Shown here in pieces: positions 1 to 16,200 of a DNA stretch of 64,000 bases. Source of the stretch: the human T2T-CHM13v2.0 reference genome, Homo sapiens; the NCBI RefSeq assembly GCF_009914755.1, contig NC_060934.1; one strand, given 5' to 3'. Position numbers and translations under genes: made by a program. The notes beneath the pieces were generated by a model. The model did not search any database, was not told the origin of the DNA, and saw only the letters and a program-made list of their open reading frames with translations. The first letter of the stretch is position 1, and each line of letters starts with the position of its first letter.

Positions 1-260
1 TCTCTAAAAATTAAAAAAAGGAAAATGCTCAAAGTAATTGGCCATAAATTTTAGTGCTGATTATTCAGTGCCAATAATTTACAACTGAATTATTTCTATA
101 AATAAAAATTTATTTCTTCTACAAATGGGTGTATGTTAGCTTTGAAAGTGAAAAAAATATTTAGTGTCAAGTGAGACTGCATGTGTTAGGTTAAAAGCTA
201 GACATTTAATTGTTTTGCTTTAAAATGAATTGTAAACTGCTCTGACACTTTTGTAGTTAA

Positions 261-554
<294 letters not shown>

Positions 555-983
555 TTTTAATTAATTCTTTATAAAGCTATTGCCATATTTTTTTCTACAG
601 CTTTCAACATTATGTTTTGTATATTTAGGTCTTTAATTGACCTGAATATTCTGTCTGGGATTTTGTTTAGTATTTATGGATTAATTTGGAAAAAAGAGAT
701 CTTTACCAACAAATTTTCTTATCCTTACAAATATTTCTTTCTGTATTTTAGGTATTCTTCTATTATCTTTTAATAACATGTAAAATTTAAATACATTTAA
801 TATGGGTTACAAAATGGTTAGGCTGATTTTTTTAAAAAACGTATACATCTTATGGTAGTGATCATTTGCTAAATCTGTTAGATTCAAAAATTCTAAAAGT
901 AAATGCTTTTTAGAAAAAAATTCAGACCATGTAGAAGTCAATAAAGTACAAATGAAATCTGGGGTCAGTATCTTTGCAGCAGT

Positions 984-1178
984 GTGTGCTGTCCACTAGA
1001 ATGTTTCATGATTATGGAAATGTTGTGTATCTGTGCTATCCAACATGGTAACCACTAGTCACATTTGGCTTTGATCATTTGAAGTGTGGCTAGTGCAACT
1101 GATGAATTTCAACATTTTATTTCATGTTAATTAAATTTTAATAGATATAATTAGCATATATGATATTAACCAGTACAG
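984..1178 (+). mobile_element. MER3-like hAT-Charlie MITE
   Basis: gctgtccactagaa...ggtaaccactagtcacat...tgaagtgtggctagtgcaactga resembles recalled MER3. Confidence 0.75.
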
Positions 1179-1827
1179 CTTAGGTTTATTGTAAAATTTT
1201 ACATTTCTTTTTATATGTTTATATTTTTTAAAGGTATCTTCAAAAAAAGTTGTATCTATTGTGTATATGATATATTTTTCTACAACATATTCTAGATTAT
1301 TGGTGGTGTTTGGAAATGCTTCTTAAGTTTGAATATTTTCTCTTATTTGACTACCTTGTGACCTACATTAACAGATAGTCTTTGGTTATTCTGCTTCTCT
1401 CCTTCAAAATTCTAAATTCTTAGAATTTGAAATAAACTGCTATTTGAATCTTTATGTCATTTCACATATTGAGTGATTGGTCCTGAGTTGCTCTGGGGCT
1501 TCCTCAAAAAACAACCTAAATTATGGATACTAAATGAACACAGACTACTTTCCTTCATTTTGCCCAAATAGATGCTGTTCTTTGGGTTCTTTGATGTTCA
1601 AACTTAACTTTGAATATTGAAGGAAATGGTACTTCTAAGGATAAGTAAACATAGATTCTTTTTTAACAGTTCATTTCACAGCTCAACACACACTTTTTGG
1701 AGCATATGTTTTATGGTTACTCTTTTGCCAAATACTGGGAATACAATATTAAATAACTGTTTTGCCTTTAAGCAGCTTGTAATCTAATTGAGGAGACAGA
1801 TGTGGAAAGAAATCACTTACTTCTTCA

Positions 1828-1990
1828 CAGTGGCATTATAGAATAGAGGTTAAGAGTGTGCTCTGGAGCTGTGTGACCTTGGTTATCTATGGAAGCTCAG
1901 TTTCCTTGTGAGTAAAATAAGGTTATTAGGGTTCTTGTGAGGATTGAATGAGATTATTTGAATGTTTGGCATATGTTAGCTAATATTACT
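1828..1990 (+). mobile_element. MIR
   Basis: gctgtgtgaccttgg...ctcagtttcct...gtgaggattgaatgag core. Confidence 0.65.
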
Positions 1991-2480
1991 GGCTACTGAG
2001 CTTGAAATCTCTCGTGCCTCTATTATTGGCAATGGAGAGCACTTGAGAGATTTAAGCAGGCAGATGACATGGTTGGATTCATATTTTAGGATTATGTGAA
2101 TTGCTTTGTCTGTAGTGGATCAATAGATTTGAGGAGGCTATAGTGATAAACCTGTTGCGAGATGATGACTTGATCACTTTAGTTATGATAGAATGGTTGG
2201 GAGAGAGTGCAGTAATACTTTCGTGTTATCAAGGTAAGACTTGATTGATTTAATGAAGAGGGTAAAGGAGTTAGAGATAACATTTGAATTTTTGGTTTTG
2301 GTGACTGATGGTGGTATTTACAAATGAGTTAGGGAGTATAGGAGGAGGATATGGAAGAGGGGCTTGAAAGATTGAATTGAGTTTTGTTCAAGCTTGAGAT
2401 GACTATGATATCCAGGCAGGCATATTCAGGAGACAGTTGGATTTATGTTTTTGGTGGGTAGAAGAGTCATGGCTGGACTC

Positions 2481-2762
2481 CTTTTGTTTCTGGAGACAGG
2501 GTCTTGCTGTGTTGCCCAGTCTGGAGTGCAGTGAGTGGTGCTGTCATGCCTCCCTGTAGCCTCCCAGGCTTAAGCGATTCTCTTACCTCAGCCTCCCGAG
2601 TAGCTGGGACTACAGGCATGTGCCCTACCATGCCCAGCTAATTAAAAAAAAATTTGTTTTTTAGAGATGGGTCTCACTATGTTGCCCAGGCTGGTCTTGG
2701 AATCCTCTGACCTCATTCTCTCAAAGTGCTGGGATTACACATGTGAGCTACAGTGCCTTGCC
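2481..2762 (-). mobile_element. AluJ
   Basis: Reverse Alu; TSD tggactc. Confidence 0.85.
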
Positions 2763-4224
2763 TGGACTCTTTAATTGTATTTAATTTTACATAGTTTGAC
2801 GCAATATTATTCAATAAATGGTAGCTATTACTAGCACTATTTTTATTATTATGTGGCTGGTATTTAAAGCAACCAGTAGATGAAACTTTCTAAAAAAAAA
2901 GAGAGTAAAAAGTAAAAGGAGTGGGCTGGAAGCTAGAACATTTAATAGATGGATAGATAAAGAATGAGTATAGAATGAGATTAAGAAAAAGCAGAACTAA
3001 GACAAGCTCTGATGAAGTATGATGAGTTTATATAAGAATAGTCAATAATACCTGATGCAACAGAGATATCTAGTAAAGTAATGCCTAAAAGGGTCCCCTG
3101 TATTTGAATGGGATGTCAGTGGCGCCCTCTGCCAGGCAAATCACAGTGCAAATATGGAGACAGAAGCCAGAAATAAAATGTATTAGCAAATAAATGGGAG
3201 GTTGATATAACATGGGCCGGTTTTGCTGATGTGACCCAAGAGCTAAGCAGTGATATCAATATCTTCCAATTCCAAATTTTAAAATGTCCTTTAATAAAAT
3301 ATGTGGCTAGTCATTTTGAACAATTATCAGTAAAATTTTTAAAATAAAAAGCATAAGAAAAATTAAGAATACAAAGAGTATAGTTCTATTTTAGGTATTT
3401 AGGTTTAAATCTAGTTTAATTCTTTCAGCTTTCTCTAATTGAGTTTTAATCCTCGTTTACTTTGCTAATGAGATTTAAAAATATTATTTTCATAAACCTT
3501 GTAACTTTTTGCTTTTTTATTCTAACCCTGTGATTTACTCTTAATCTATTTCTTTATAAGCTTCTTAAATTTCAGTCCAGCTTTAGTCTCAAACATTGTT
3601 GTAGTGATTAATGGTTTTGCCCCCCCATTTTCTTCCTTTGTAATATATTTTAATCAACTTTTTTTTAAATTGGAAGAGCCAATTAAATATGTTGTTTAAA
3701 ATCTTGCCATATCCACACTGTCTACCTGATTGGTTTTGCCAATTCTGTAAAACTTTACTTGATACTGTTGGGATTCTTTGGACTATGTGGCAATATTTGT
3801 AGATTTATAGAAATTTTACTGATTTAATTCTTGGAAGGCAATTTTAGTTCCAAGTATTTATAGAATATTTTATTGTCATCTGCTATGTACCAAGTCTTAA
3901 CTTGACATTAACTGTGCAACATTAGGCATGGCACCTCTCTTATGACTGTCCTATTTCAGAACTTCACAGTCTGTTCCTGCGCCTTTCAAGGCACTAAGCT
4001 CTGTGCTATGCTGATCTTCAGAGGAGGAGCACATTTGAATAAAAAGTGTTTGTTTCAGTCTCATTAAAAGGCTCTTATAAAAGTTATGAACATTTAAAAG
4101 TGCCCTTTCCTCCCTTTTTGAGCTAATTGAATTCTTCATTTTATAGGGGTAGAAGATTCCAGGAAGAGGGGGCAGGGATGAGTATTTATCATAATTGTTA
4201 AATAATGCGCTGGACACTTTTTGT

Positions 4225-4380
4225 GTAATGTTATTTGATCTGGATAGCAACCCTGTGACATAGGCAGGTTTATCCTCATTAGAGAAATTAAGTGGCTTGC
4301 CCAGTTCAGAAAACAAGTTAATGTCAGAATCAGGATGATATTGCAGGTTTTTTGATTTGTATCTAGTGATTTTTTTCACT
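4225..4380 (-). mobile_element. MIR fragment
   Basis: gcaaccctgtga...aagtggcttgccca reverse MIR core. Confidence 0.5.
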
Positions 4381-4706
4381 CAGTTGTTCTCTTTGTAGGG
4401 GCTAGAGGCAGAATAAAGAGGCCCCTTCCCTGTGCTCCCTCTTGCTTCCCCGTCTTCTATTCTTTGGAGTGTATGTCATTTTTCTCCAGTAATTTAGGGC
4501 AGAAAAAAATGTTGAGGACTACCACTGTACCATTTTGTTGTCTCTGATTTTTAGGAACTATGTTCATGGTAAGAATTGATTATAAAAGAATACCTATCTA
4601 TGCCATTAGAAAACAAAACATCCAAAATATAGGCTGTGCTTTGCATCATTCTATGAAAGCCATGGTGGGAAGTTGGGTTATAGCTTTCTACTAAGTTGAA
4701 AGTAGG

Positions 4707-4988
4707 CTCTGTCGCCTAGGTTGGAGTGCAGTGGCACAATCTTGGCTCACTTACAACCTCCATCTCCCAGGTTCAAGTGATTCTCCTGCCTCAGCCTCCC
4801 CAGTAGCTGGGACCACAGGCGCCTGCCACCACGCCTGGCTAATTTTTGTATTTTTAGTAGAGATGGGGTTTTGCTGATGGGGTTTCGCTGTGTTGGCCAG
4901 GCTGGTCTCAAACTCCTGACCTCAAGTGATCTGCCTGCCTTGGCCTCCCAAAGTGCTGGGATTATAAGCATGAGCCACTGCGCCCAGC
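4707..4988 (-). mobile_element. AluS lacking its tail, with an internal 14-bp duplication
   Basis: Starts at ctctgtcgcc with no poly-T; gatggggtttYgct repeated at 4862-4889. Confidence 0.85.
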
Positions 4989-5023
4989 TAATGATTTTTA
5001 ATAACTTTATATAATACTGATAA

Positions 5024-5320
<297 letters not shown>

Positions 5321-5738
5321 TAAATCACTCTTTTTAGTGGACTCTAAATACCACTGTGATTTGATACCCCTTTTATTCATTTATAAAAATACATAAACAG
5401 CTTCCTTTTTTGATGTTTAAAAATTTTATAGTCCTTTCTGTCTTGAATTTGCATTTCTGTTATACTTTTCACACCAGATTCTATTCTTATATGATGTATT
5501 TTATGCATAAGTTATATTTTGCCTGTAACATGCATACATTATGAAGGTAGTATATTTTGATGCATTACAGTCTTTCATGCATATTGATTACCCTATTATA
5601 TGTCTTTGCAGCCAGCCAAAATGTGTAAATTTTAAAATATCTCTTAGTCATTAAATTGTAATTAGCACACGGTAAAATAACAAATGTATTAAAATGTTGC
5701 TAAATTATTTTTTATTTATTAAAAAAATTTTTTTTCTC

Positions 5739-5782
5739 CTTCTCTGCCTTCAAAATGTTGCTTCTCTGCCTTCAAAATGTTG
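5739..5782. repeat. Perfect 22-bp tandem duplication
   Basis: cttctctgccttcaaaatgttg x2. Confidence 0.95.
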
Positions 5783-5807
5783 GTACATTATTAAACAGAA
5801 GAAAATA

Positions 5808-6146
<339 letters not shown>

Positions 6147-6248
6147 TTAACACTTAAAAGGTTTTTATACTCAGGCAATAGAATAGTGTATAGTTTCATT
6201 CACAATAGGTGAGGAGTATGTCATCCTTTTTATATTAATAAAAAGTGA

Positions 6249-7280
6249 GAGGAGCCCAGATGGCCGAATAGGAACAGCTCCGGTCTACAGCTCCCAGCGT
6301 GAGCGATGCAGAAGACGGGTGATTTCTGCATTTCCATCTGAGGTACTGGGTTCATCTCACTAGAGAGTGCCAGACAGTGGGCGCAGGTCAGTGCGTGCAG
6401 CGCACCGTGCATGAGCCGAAGCAGGGCGAGGCATTGCCTCACTCGGGAAGCACAAGGGGTCAGGGAGTTCCCTTTCCTAGTCAAAGAAAGGGGTGACAGA
6501 TGGCACCTGGAAAATCGGGTCATTCCCACCCGAATACTGCACTTTTCCGACGGGCTTAAAAAACGGCACACCAGGAGATTATATCCTGCACCTGGCTCGG
6601 AGGGTCCTACGCCCACGGAGTCTTGCTGATTGCTAGCACAGCAGTCTCAGATCAAACTGCAAGGCGGCAGCGAGGCTGGGAGAGGGGCGCCCGCCATTGC
6701 CCAGGCTTGCTTAGCTAAACAAAGCAGCCGGGAAGCTCCAACTGGGTGGAGCCCACCACAGCTCAAGGAGGCCTTCCTGCCTCTGTAGGTTGCACCTCTG
6801 GGGGCAGGGCACAGACAAACAAAAAGACAGCAGTAACCTCTGCAGACTTATATGTCCCTGTCTGACAGCTTTGAAGAGAGCAGTGGTTCTCCCAGCACGC
6901 AGCTGGAGATCTGAGAACGGGCAGACTGCCTCCTCAAGTGGGTCCCTGACCCCTGACCCCTGAGCAGCCTAACTGGGAGGCACCCCCCAGTAGGAGCAGA
7001 CTGACAACTCACATGGCCGGGTACTCCTCTGAGACAAAACTTCCAGAGGAACGATCAGACAGCAGCATTCGCGGTTCACGAAAAACCACTGTTCTGCAGC
7101 CACCGCTGCTGATACCCAGGCAAACAGGGTCTGGAGTGGACCTCTAGCAAACTCCAACAGACCTGCAGCTGAGGGTCCTGTCTGTTAGAAGGAAAACTAA
7201 CAAACAGAAAGGACATCCACACCAAAAACCCATCTGTACATCACCATCATCAAAGACCAAAAGTAGATAAAACCACAAAG
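6249..7280. promoter_or_regulatory. L1 5'UTR: internal sense promoter and antisense promoter, CpG-rich
   Basis: Complete 5'UTR with many CpGs retained against a CpG-poor background; promoter function is inferred from known L1 biology. Confidence 0.7.
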
Positions 7281-8293
7281 ATGGGGAAAAAACAGAGCAG
7301 AAAAACTGGAAACTCTAAAAAGCAGAGCACCTCTCCTCCTCCAAAGGATCGCAGTTCCTCACCAGCAATGGAACAAAGCTGGACGGAGAATGACTTTGAC
7401 GAGTTGAAAGAAGAAGGCTTCAGACGATCAAACTACGAGCTACGGGAGGAAATTCAAACCAAAGGCAAAGAAGTTAAAAACTTTGAAAAAAATTTAAACG
7501 AATGTATAACTAGAATAACCAATACAGAGAAGTGCTTAAAGGAGCTGATGGAGCTGAAAGCCAAGGCCCGAGAACTACGTGAAGAATGCAGAAGCCTCAG
7601 GAGCCGATGTGATCAACTGGAAGAAAGGGTATCAGCAATGGAAGATGAAATGAGTGAAATGAAGCGAGAAGGGAAGTTTAGAGAAAAAAGAATAAAAAGA
7701 AACAATCAAAGCTTCCAAGAAATATGGGACTATGTGAAAAGACCAAATCTACGTCTGATTGGTGTACCTGAAAGTGACGGGGAGAATGGAACCAAGTTGG
7801 AAAACACTCTGCAGGATATTATCCAGGAGAACTTCCGCAATCTAGCAAGGCAGCCAACATTCAGATTCAGGAAATACAGAGAACGCCACAAAGATACTCC
7901 TTGAGAAGACCAACACCAAGACACATAATTGTCAGATTCACCAAAGTTGAAATGAAGGAAAAAATGTTAAGGGCAGCCAGAGAGAAAGGTCGGGTTACCC
8001 ACAAAGGGAAGCCCATCAGACTAACAGCGGATCTCTCGGCAAAAACTCTACAAGCCAGAAGAGAGTGGGGGCCAATATTCAACATTCTTAAAGAAAAGAA
8101 TTTTCAACACAGAATTTCATATCCAGCCGAACTAAGCTTCATAAGTGAAGGAGAAATAAAATACTTTACAGACAAGCAAATGCTAAGAGATTTTGTCACC
8201 ACCAGGCCTGCCCTAAAAGAGCTCCTGAAGGAAGCACTAAACAAGGAAAGGTACAACCGGTACCAGCCGCTGCAAAATCATGCCAAAATGTAA
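7281..8293 (+). pseudogene. L1 ORF1p, frameshifted
   Basis: MGKKQSRKTG...; split into ORFs 7281-7904 and 7901-8293 by a 1-bp deletion near 7853 (gcaaggcagccaac vs consensus gcaaggcaggccaac). Confidence 0.93.
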
Positions 8294-8341
8294 AGACCAT
8301 CAAGACTAGGAAGAAACTGCATCAACTAACGAGCAAAATAA

Positions 8342-12172
<3,831 letters not shown>

Positions 12173-12404
12173 ACAATGAGAACACATGGACACAGGAAGG
12201 GGAACATCACACTCTGGGGACTGTTGTGGGGTGGGGGGAGGGGGGAGCGATAGCATTGGGAGATATACCTAATGCTAGATGACGAGTTAGTGGGTGCAGC
12301 ACACCAGCATGTCACATGCATACATATGCAACTAACCTGCACAATGTGCACATGTACCCTAAAACTTAAAGTATAATAATAAAAAAATAAAAATAAATAA
12401 AAAG

Positions 12405-12814
12405 TGAATTTTAGGCCATTTTCTGTTACTTAGAATACCTGAAACTGGGTATTTTATAAGAAAAGGAATTTATTTCTTACAGTTATGGAGGTTGAGAAGT
12501 CCAAGGTCAAAGGGCTGCACTTGGTGAGAACCTTCTTGCTGATAGTGACTCTACAGATTCCTGAGGTGGTGCAGGGTATCACATGGCAAGGGGCCTGAAC
12601 CTGCTAATGGTAGCTCAGGTCTCTTCTCTTCTTTTAAAGCCACCAGCTCCCCTCCCATGATAACCCATTAATCCATGAATGGATTAATCCATTTATGAAG
12701 GTGGAGCTCTCATGATCCAATTACTTCTTAAAGGCCCCAGCTCTCAATATTGCCCCGTTGGGGATTAAATTTCAACATGAGATTTGAGGGGGGTCAAATA
12801 TTCAAACCATAGCA
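12405..12814 (-). mobile_element. MST-family (ERVL-MaLR) solo LTR
   Basis: Ends ttcaaaccatagca; contains gagaagtccaaggtcaa. The L1 3' TSD overlaps the LTR edge. Confidence 0.75.
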
Positions 12815-13064
12815 GTGGGTTTAAAGGTACTTGTGAAAGAGGAGACCAGAGAGGAAAATCAACATGACCTTTCAAATGGACCTATGATCCATTTTCAGGC
12901 AGATTAATTTTAAATTTTATGAAAGGGTTGAGTATGAATGAGAATTGAAGACCTGGGAATTGTTGTCCATTGTTGTTTATCTATTTCTGTGTACCCTTCA
13001 GAAAGTCTGTTTACCTTCAGCAGTACAAATATATGGTACTGTGAAAGATCCCTGATCTAGTATT

Positions 13065-13150
13065 TATAGCAACCTGTATTTTATGACCAGAGAAACTGAG
13101 ACTTAAAGATGTAGAGTACTTGCCTATGGTCACTTAGCTAGTAAATGGTC
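13065..13150 (-). mobile_element. MIR fragment
   Basis: gagaaactgagact...acttgcc...ggtcacttagctagtaaatgg. Confidence 0.55.
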
Positions 13151-13172
13151 AATCAAAAACTCCAAAACTTGA

Positions 13173-13470
13173 GGCCGGGTACGGTGACTCATGCCAGTAA
13201 TCCCAGCAATTTGGGAGGCTGAGGTGGTTGGATCACTTGTGGTCAGGAGTTCCAGAGCAGCCTGGCCAACATGTTAAAACCCCTTCTCTACTAAAAATAC
13301 AAAAATTAGCCAGGCATGGTGGTGCGTGCCTGTAATCCCAGCTTCTGGGGAGGCTGAGACAGGAGAATCGCTTGAACAGGTTGCACTGAGTCAAGATCGT
13401 GCCACTGCACTCCAGCCTTGGTGACAGAGTGAGACTCTATCTCAACAAACAAACAAACAAACAAAAAACA
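13173..13470 (+). mobile_element. AluS with (CAAA)n tail
   Basis: Full Alu with a small right-arm deletion. Confidence 0.9.
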
Positions 13471-13903
13471 CACAAACCCTCCAAAGCTTTTCTTTCCCTC
13501 CTGTGTCATGCTACTTAGTACATAGCCTGGTTCACAGTATATGATTACTATATATTTAATGAATGATTTACATATTATTTGTGAAGTCCAAAATACTTAA
13601 CGTTGTAGTTGTTGCATCAGTTTTGAACTGCTGAATAAGTGTGACATTACAGATGATTCACTACAGAAGAATATTGAAGATCTTCAAAGCATTGTTAAGG
13701 TGATCTCCTTTCAGTTCCTGGAGTGGTGTTCCTGGAAATGACTAATAGAACAGCAAAAAACCGTCTACTTGGGCATTCTTGGTGTTTTATCAATTAAGTC
13801 AGAGACCTATAACAGTGTTGGAGTGCTTGTTTTGAAGAGGTCAGCTAACTTACGTTGACACTGTGTGTGTATGAAGAGTGTAATTTTCGTTTCTGTTATA
13901 CAG

Positions 13904-13957
13904 GTATTCTCTGAAACCAAATGACCAAATCTTGGCTGAAGACAAACACAAGGAACT
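13904..13957 (+). CDS. ADK: Adenosine kinase internal coding exon (probably exon 3), 54 nt, phase 2/2
   Basis: Acceptor ttttcgtttctgttatacag| and donor |gtaagt. The only open frame reads g TAT TCT CTG AAA CCA AAT GAC CAA ATC TTG GCT GAA GAC AAA CAC AAG GAA CT = [17 protein letters not shown](L), matching recalled human ADK (...[27 protein letters not shown]...). The other two frames contain TGA. Confidence 0.95.
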
Positions 13958-14446
13958 GTAAGTGCATTAAACCATTGGTTGTAAATAGTTTACTCTGTCT
14001 ATGAACTTGATATATGTATATGTAAATTATCTGATTTTCAAAATTATATAATGACAAAGTATAATTAACACTATGACCTTAATCCTAACAATTATGATAA
14101 CCTACACTATATAATTTACACTACATAAAGTTTACACAGGACATAATTTCTCCTGTATTCACATTAAAAGATGTAGTGTTGTATTCCATCATCTAGACTA
14201 AAGTCTTACTGGGAAATATGTCATGCTATTTTCTCTTTCCAGATAAAATATTAAATTGTTCCTATTTTCTTTCTGACTGCTCTACCAGAAAAAAGTAAAA
14301 AATAAAAATAAATTGTCACTCTTAATTTTTGGGTCTTACTCCGGTGGATCACCCACCTTCATGATAATGATAGACAAATATAATTTTGTTTCTGTCACTG
14401 GTTTATGCAAAAGTAAATGTCAATTGTTTGGTACAAGGTAAAACAC

Positions 14447-14743
14447 TTTATTTTATTTTTATTTTTTTGAAACAGAGTCTTGTTCTGCTGCCCAGGCTGG
14501 AGGCGCAATCTCGGCTCATTGCAACCTCTCATTCCTGGGTTCAAGCAATTCCCCTGCCTTAGCCTCCCAGGTAGCTGGGATTACAGGTGCCCGCCACCAT
14601 GCCTGGCTAAATTTTGTATTTTAAGTAGAGATGGGGTTTTGCCATGTTGGCCAGGCTGGTCTCAGACTCCTGACCTCAGGTGATCTGCCTGCCTTGGCCT
14701 CCCAAAGTGCTGGGATTACAGGTGTGAGCCACTATGCCTGGCT
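14447..14743 (-). mobile_element. AluS
   Basis: Reverse full Alu. Confidence 0.9.
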
Positions 14744-15474
14744 GAAGACATTTTATTTTCACATCTAACTCAGGTCGCTCTTGGTTTAGTTTAATGTAAC
14801 CTTCACTTGTACTCATTTATAGGGACAGTAATTTTTTTTCGTAGAGGACTTCAAGACTATTATTTTCTTCTTGAGATTAAGTAATAATTTTTTTCCAAGT
14901 ACTTTTAAACTGCTTTTTAAAAACTGTCTTGAACCTTTTGTAAATTATTTTCTTCTCTCCTATTTAAGGTAACATAAATTGTTAATTATAAAATGGCAGG
15001 ACCAATGTTCAGGGAAAGGATTTTCTTATGCATTCTTACCGTTTACACATTCCACTATTATGCTAACCTTTCATCAGTATTTTTATATTTGGCCTATCCT
15101 TATTTGAGTATAATCTCCATAGTGGGTTCTCAAATATATATATTGTCAAGAAATTTTTTTGCTCTTTCTTTATTTCCTAGTATAGTCAGTGAGGGCCGGT
15201 GATTGTTACTGTAGCATTGGTTGGTTATTATTTATAGGTCTGGTAACAGAGCTTCTTTTGCTTTGGGAATTAAGTAGTTGGTGAGCCTTAAAAGTTCCTT
15301 TAGTCCTTAGACTATGACCAATATTAAAAATACCAGAAATCTGCTTTTAAAGAATATGTTATTTAATATGTAACCCATTTTAATGTTTTAATTCATTTGA
15401 AAGTTTTTTTAACTGTCCAAGATATAATTCATCTCTATGGGTATAACTTGGCAAACTGATACTTTTTTCTTACC

Positions 15475-15775
15475 TTTTTTTTTGTTTTTTTGAGACAGAC
15501 TCTTGCTCCGTCACCTAGGCTGGAGTGTGGTGGCATGATCTTGGCTCACTGCAACCTCTGCTTCCTGGGTTCAAGCGATTCTCCTGCCTCAGCGTCCTGA
15601 GTAGCAGGGATTACAGGCACCCGCCACCATGCCCAGCTAATTTTTATATTTTAGTAGAGATGGGGTTTCGCCATGTTGGCCAGGCTGGTCTTGAATTCCT
15701 GACCTCAAGCGATCCACCCACCTCAGCCTCCCAAAGTGCTGGGATTATCACAGGCTTGAGCCACTGTGCCCAGCC
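15475..15775 (-). mobile_element. AluS
   Basis: Reverse full Alu. Confidence 0.9.
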
Positions 15776-15779
15776 CCTA

Positions 15780-16200
15780 CATTTTATTACGAAAAGTTTT
15801 AAACATATGTTATGTGTTCACCCATATATTTACCACCAAGGTTTTATCATTAACATATTACTGCACTTGTTTTATCTATTTATTCTTCTGTTCGTGCATT
15901 ACTTCATCTGTTTTTTGGATGCATTTCGAAGTAAATTGTAGACATCAATATGCTTCTCTCTAAATATTTCAACACATATACCATTAACTAGAGTTTTATA
16001 TTTCAAAGTTTTTTTTTTTTAGTTTCACCTGTTCTAAAATTTCTTATAAACTGAGTCATATATATGTCCTATTTTGTATAAGGCTTCTGTCACTCCCTGT
16101 GTTTTTGAAATTCATCAGTGTTGTTGCATATATCAGTTAATTCCTTTTTATTTTTGCAGATTAACATTCTGTTGTTTATTTGTTCTATTATTGCTAAGTA
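15780..16200 (-). mobile_element. Old L1M 3' fragment
   Basis: Degenerate L1M-type 3' end motifs; approximate. Confidence 0.4.

Larger units (their letters stand above)
1670..3200 (-). mobile_element. Degraded L2 fragments, interrupted by a MIR and an Alu
   Basis: L2-like 3' end and purine-rich L2 body motifs; boundaries approximate. Confidence 0.5.

Noticed and set aside
3951-4379. 142-aa minus-strand ORF
   Set aside because: Non-ATG start, overlaps a MIR, no recognisable homology; compatible with chance.
12667-12690. Palindrome attaatccatgaatggattaat
   Set aside because: Lies within the MST LTR, where I recall similar sequence in the family; too short to suggest an RNA gene.
14945-14975. 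Pyrimidine tract plus AG|GTAACA as a recursive splice site
   Set aside because: Weak AAG acceptor and donor, only 1 kb from the true donor; such motifs are frequent by chance.
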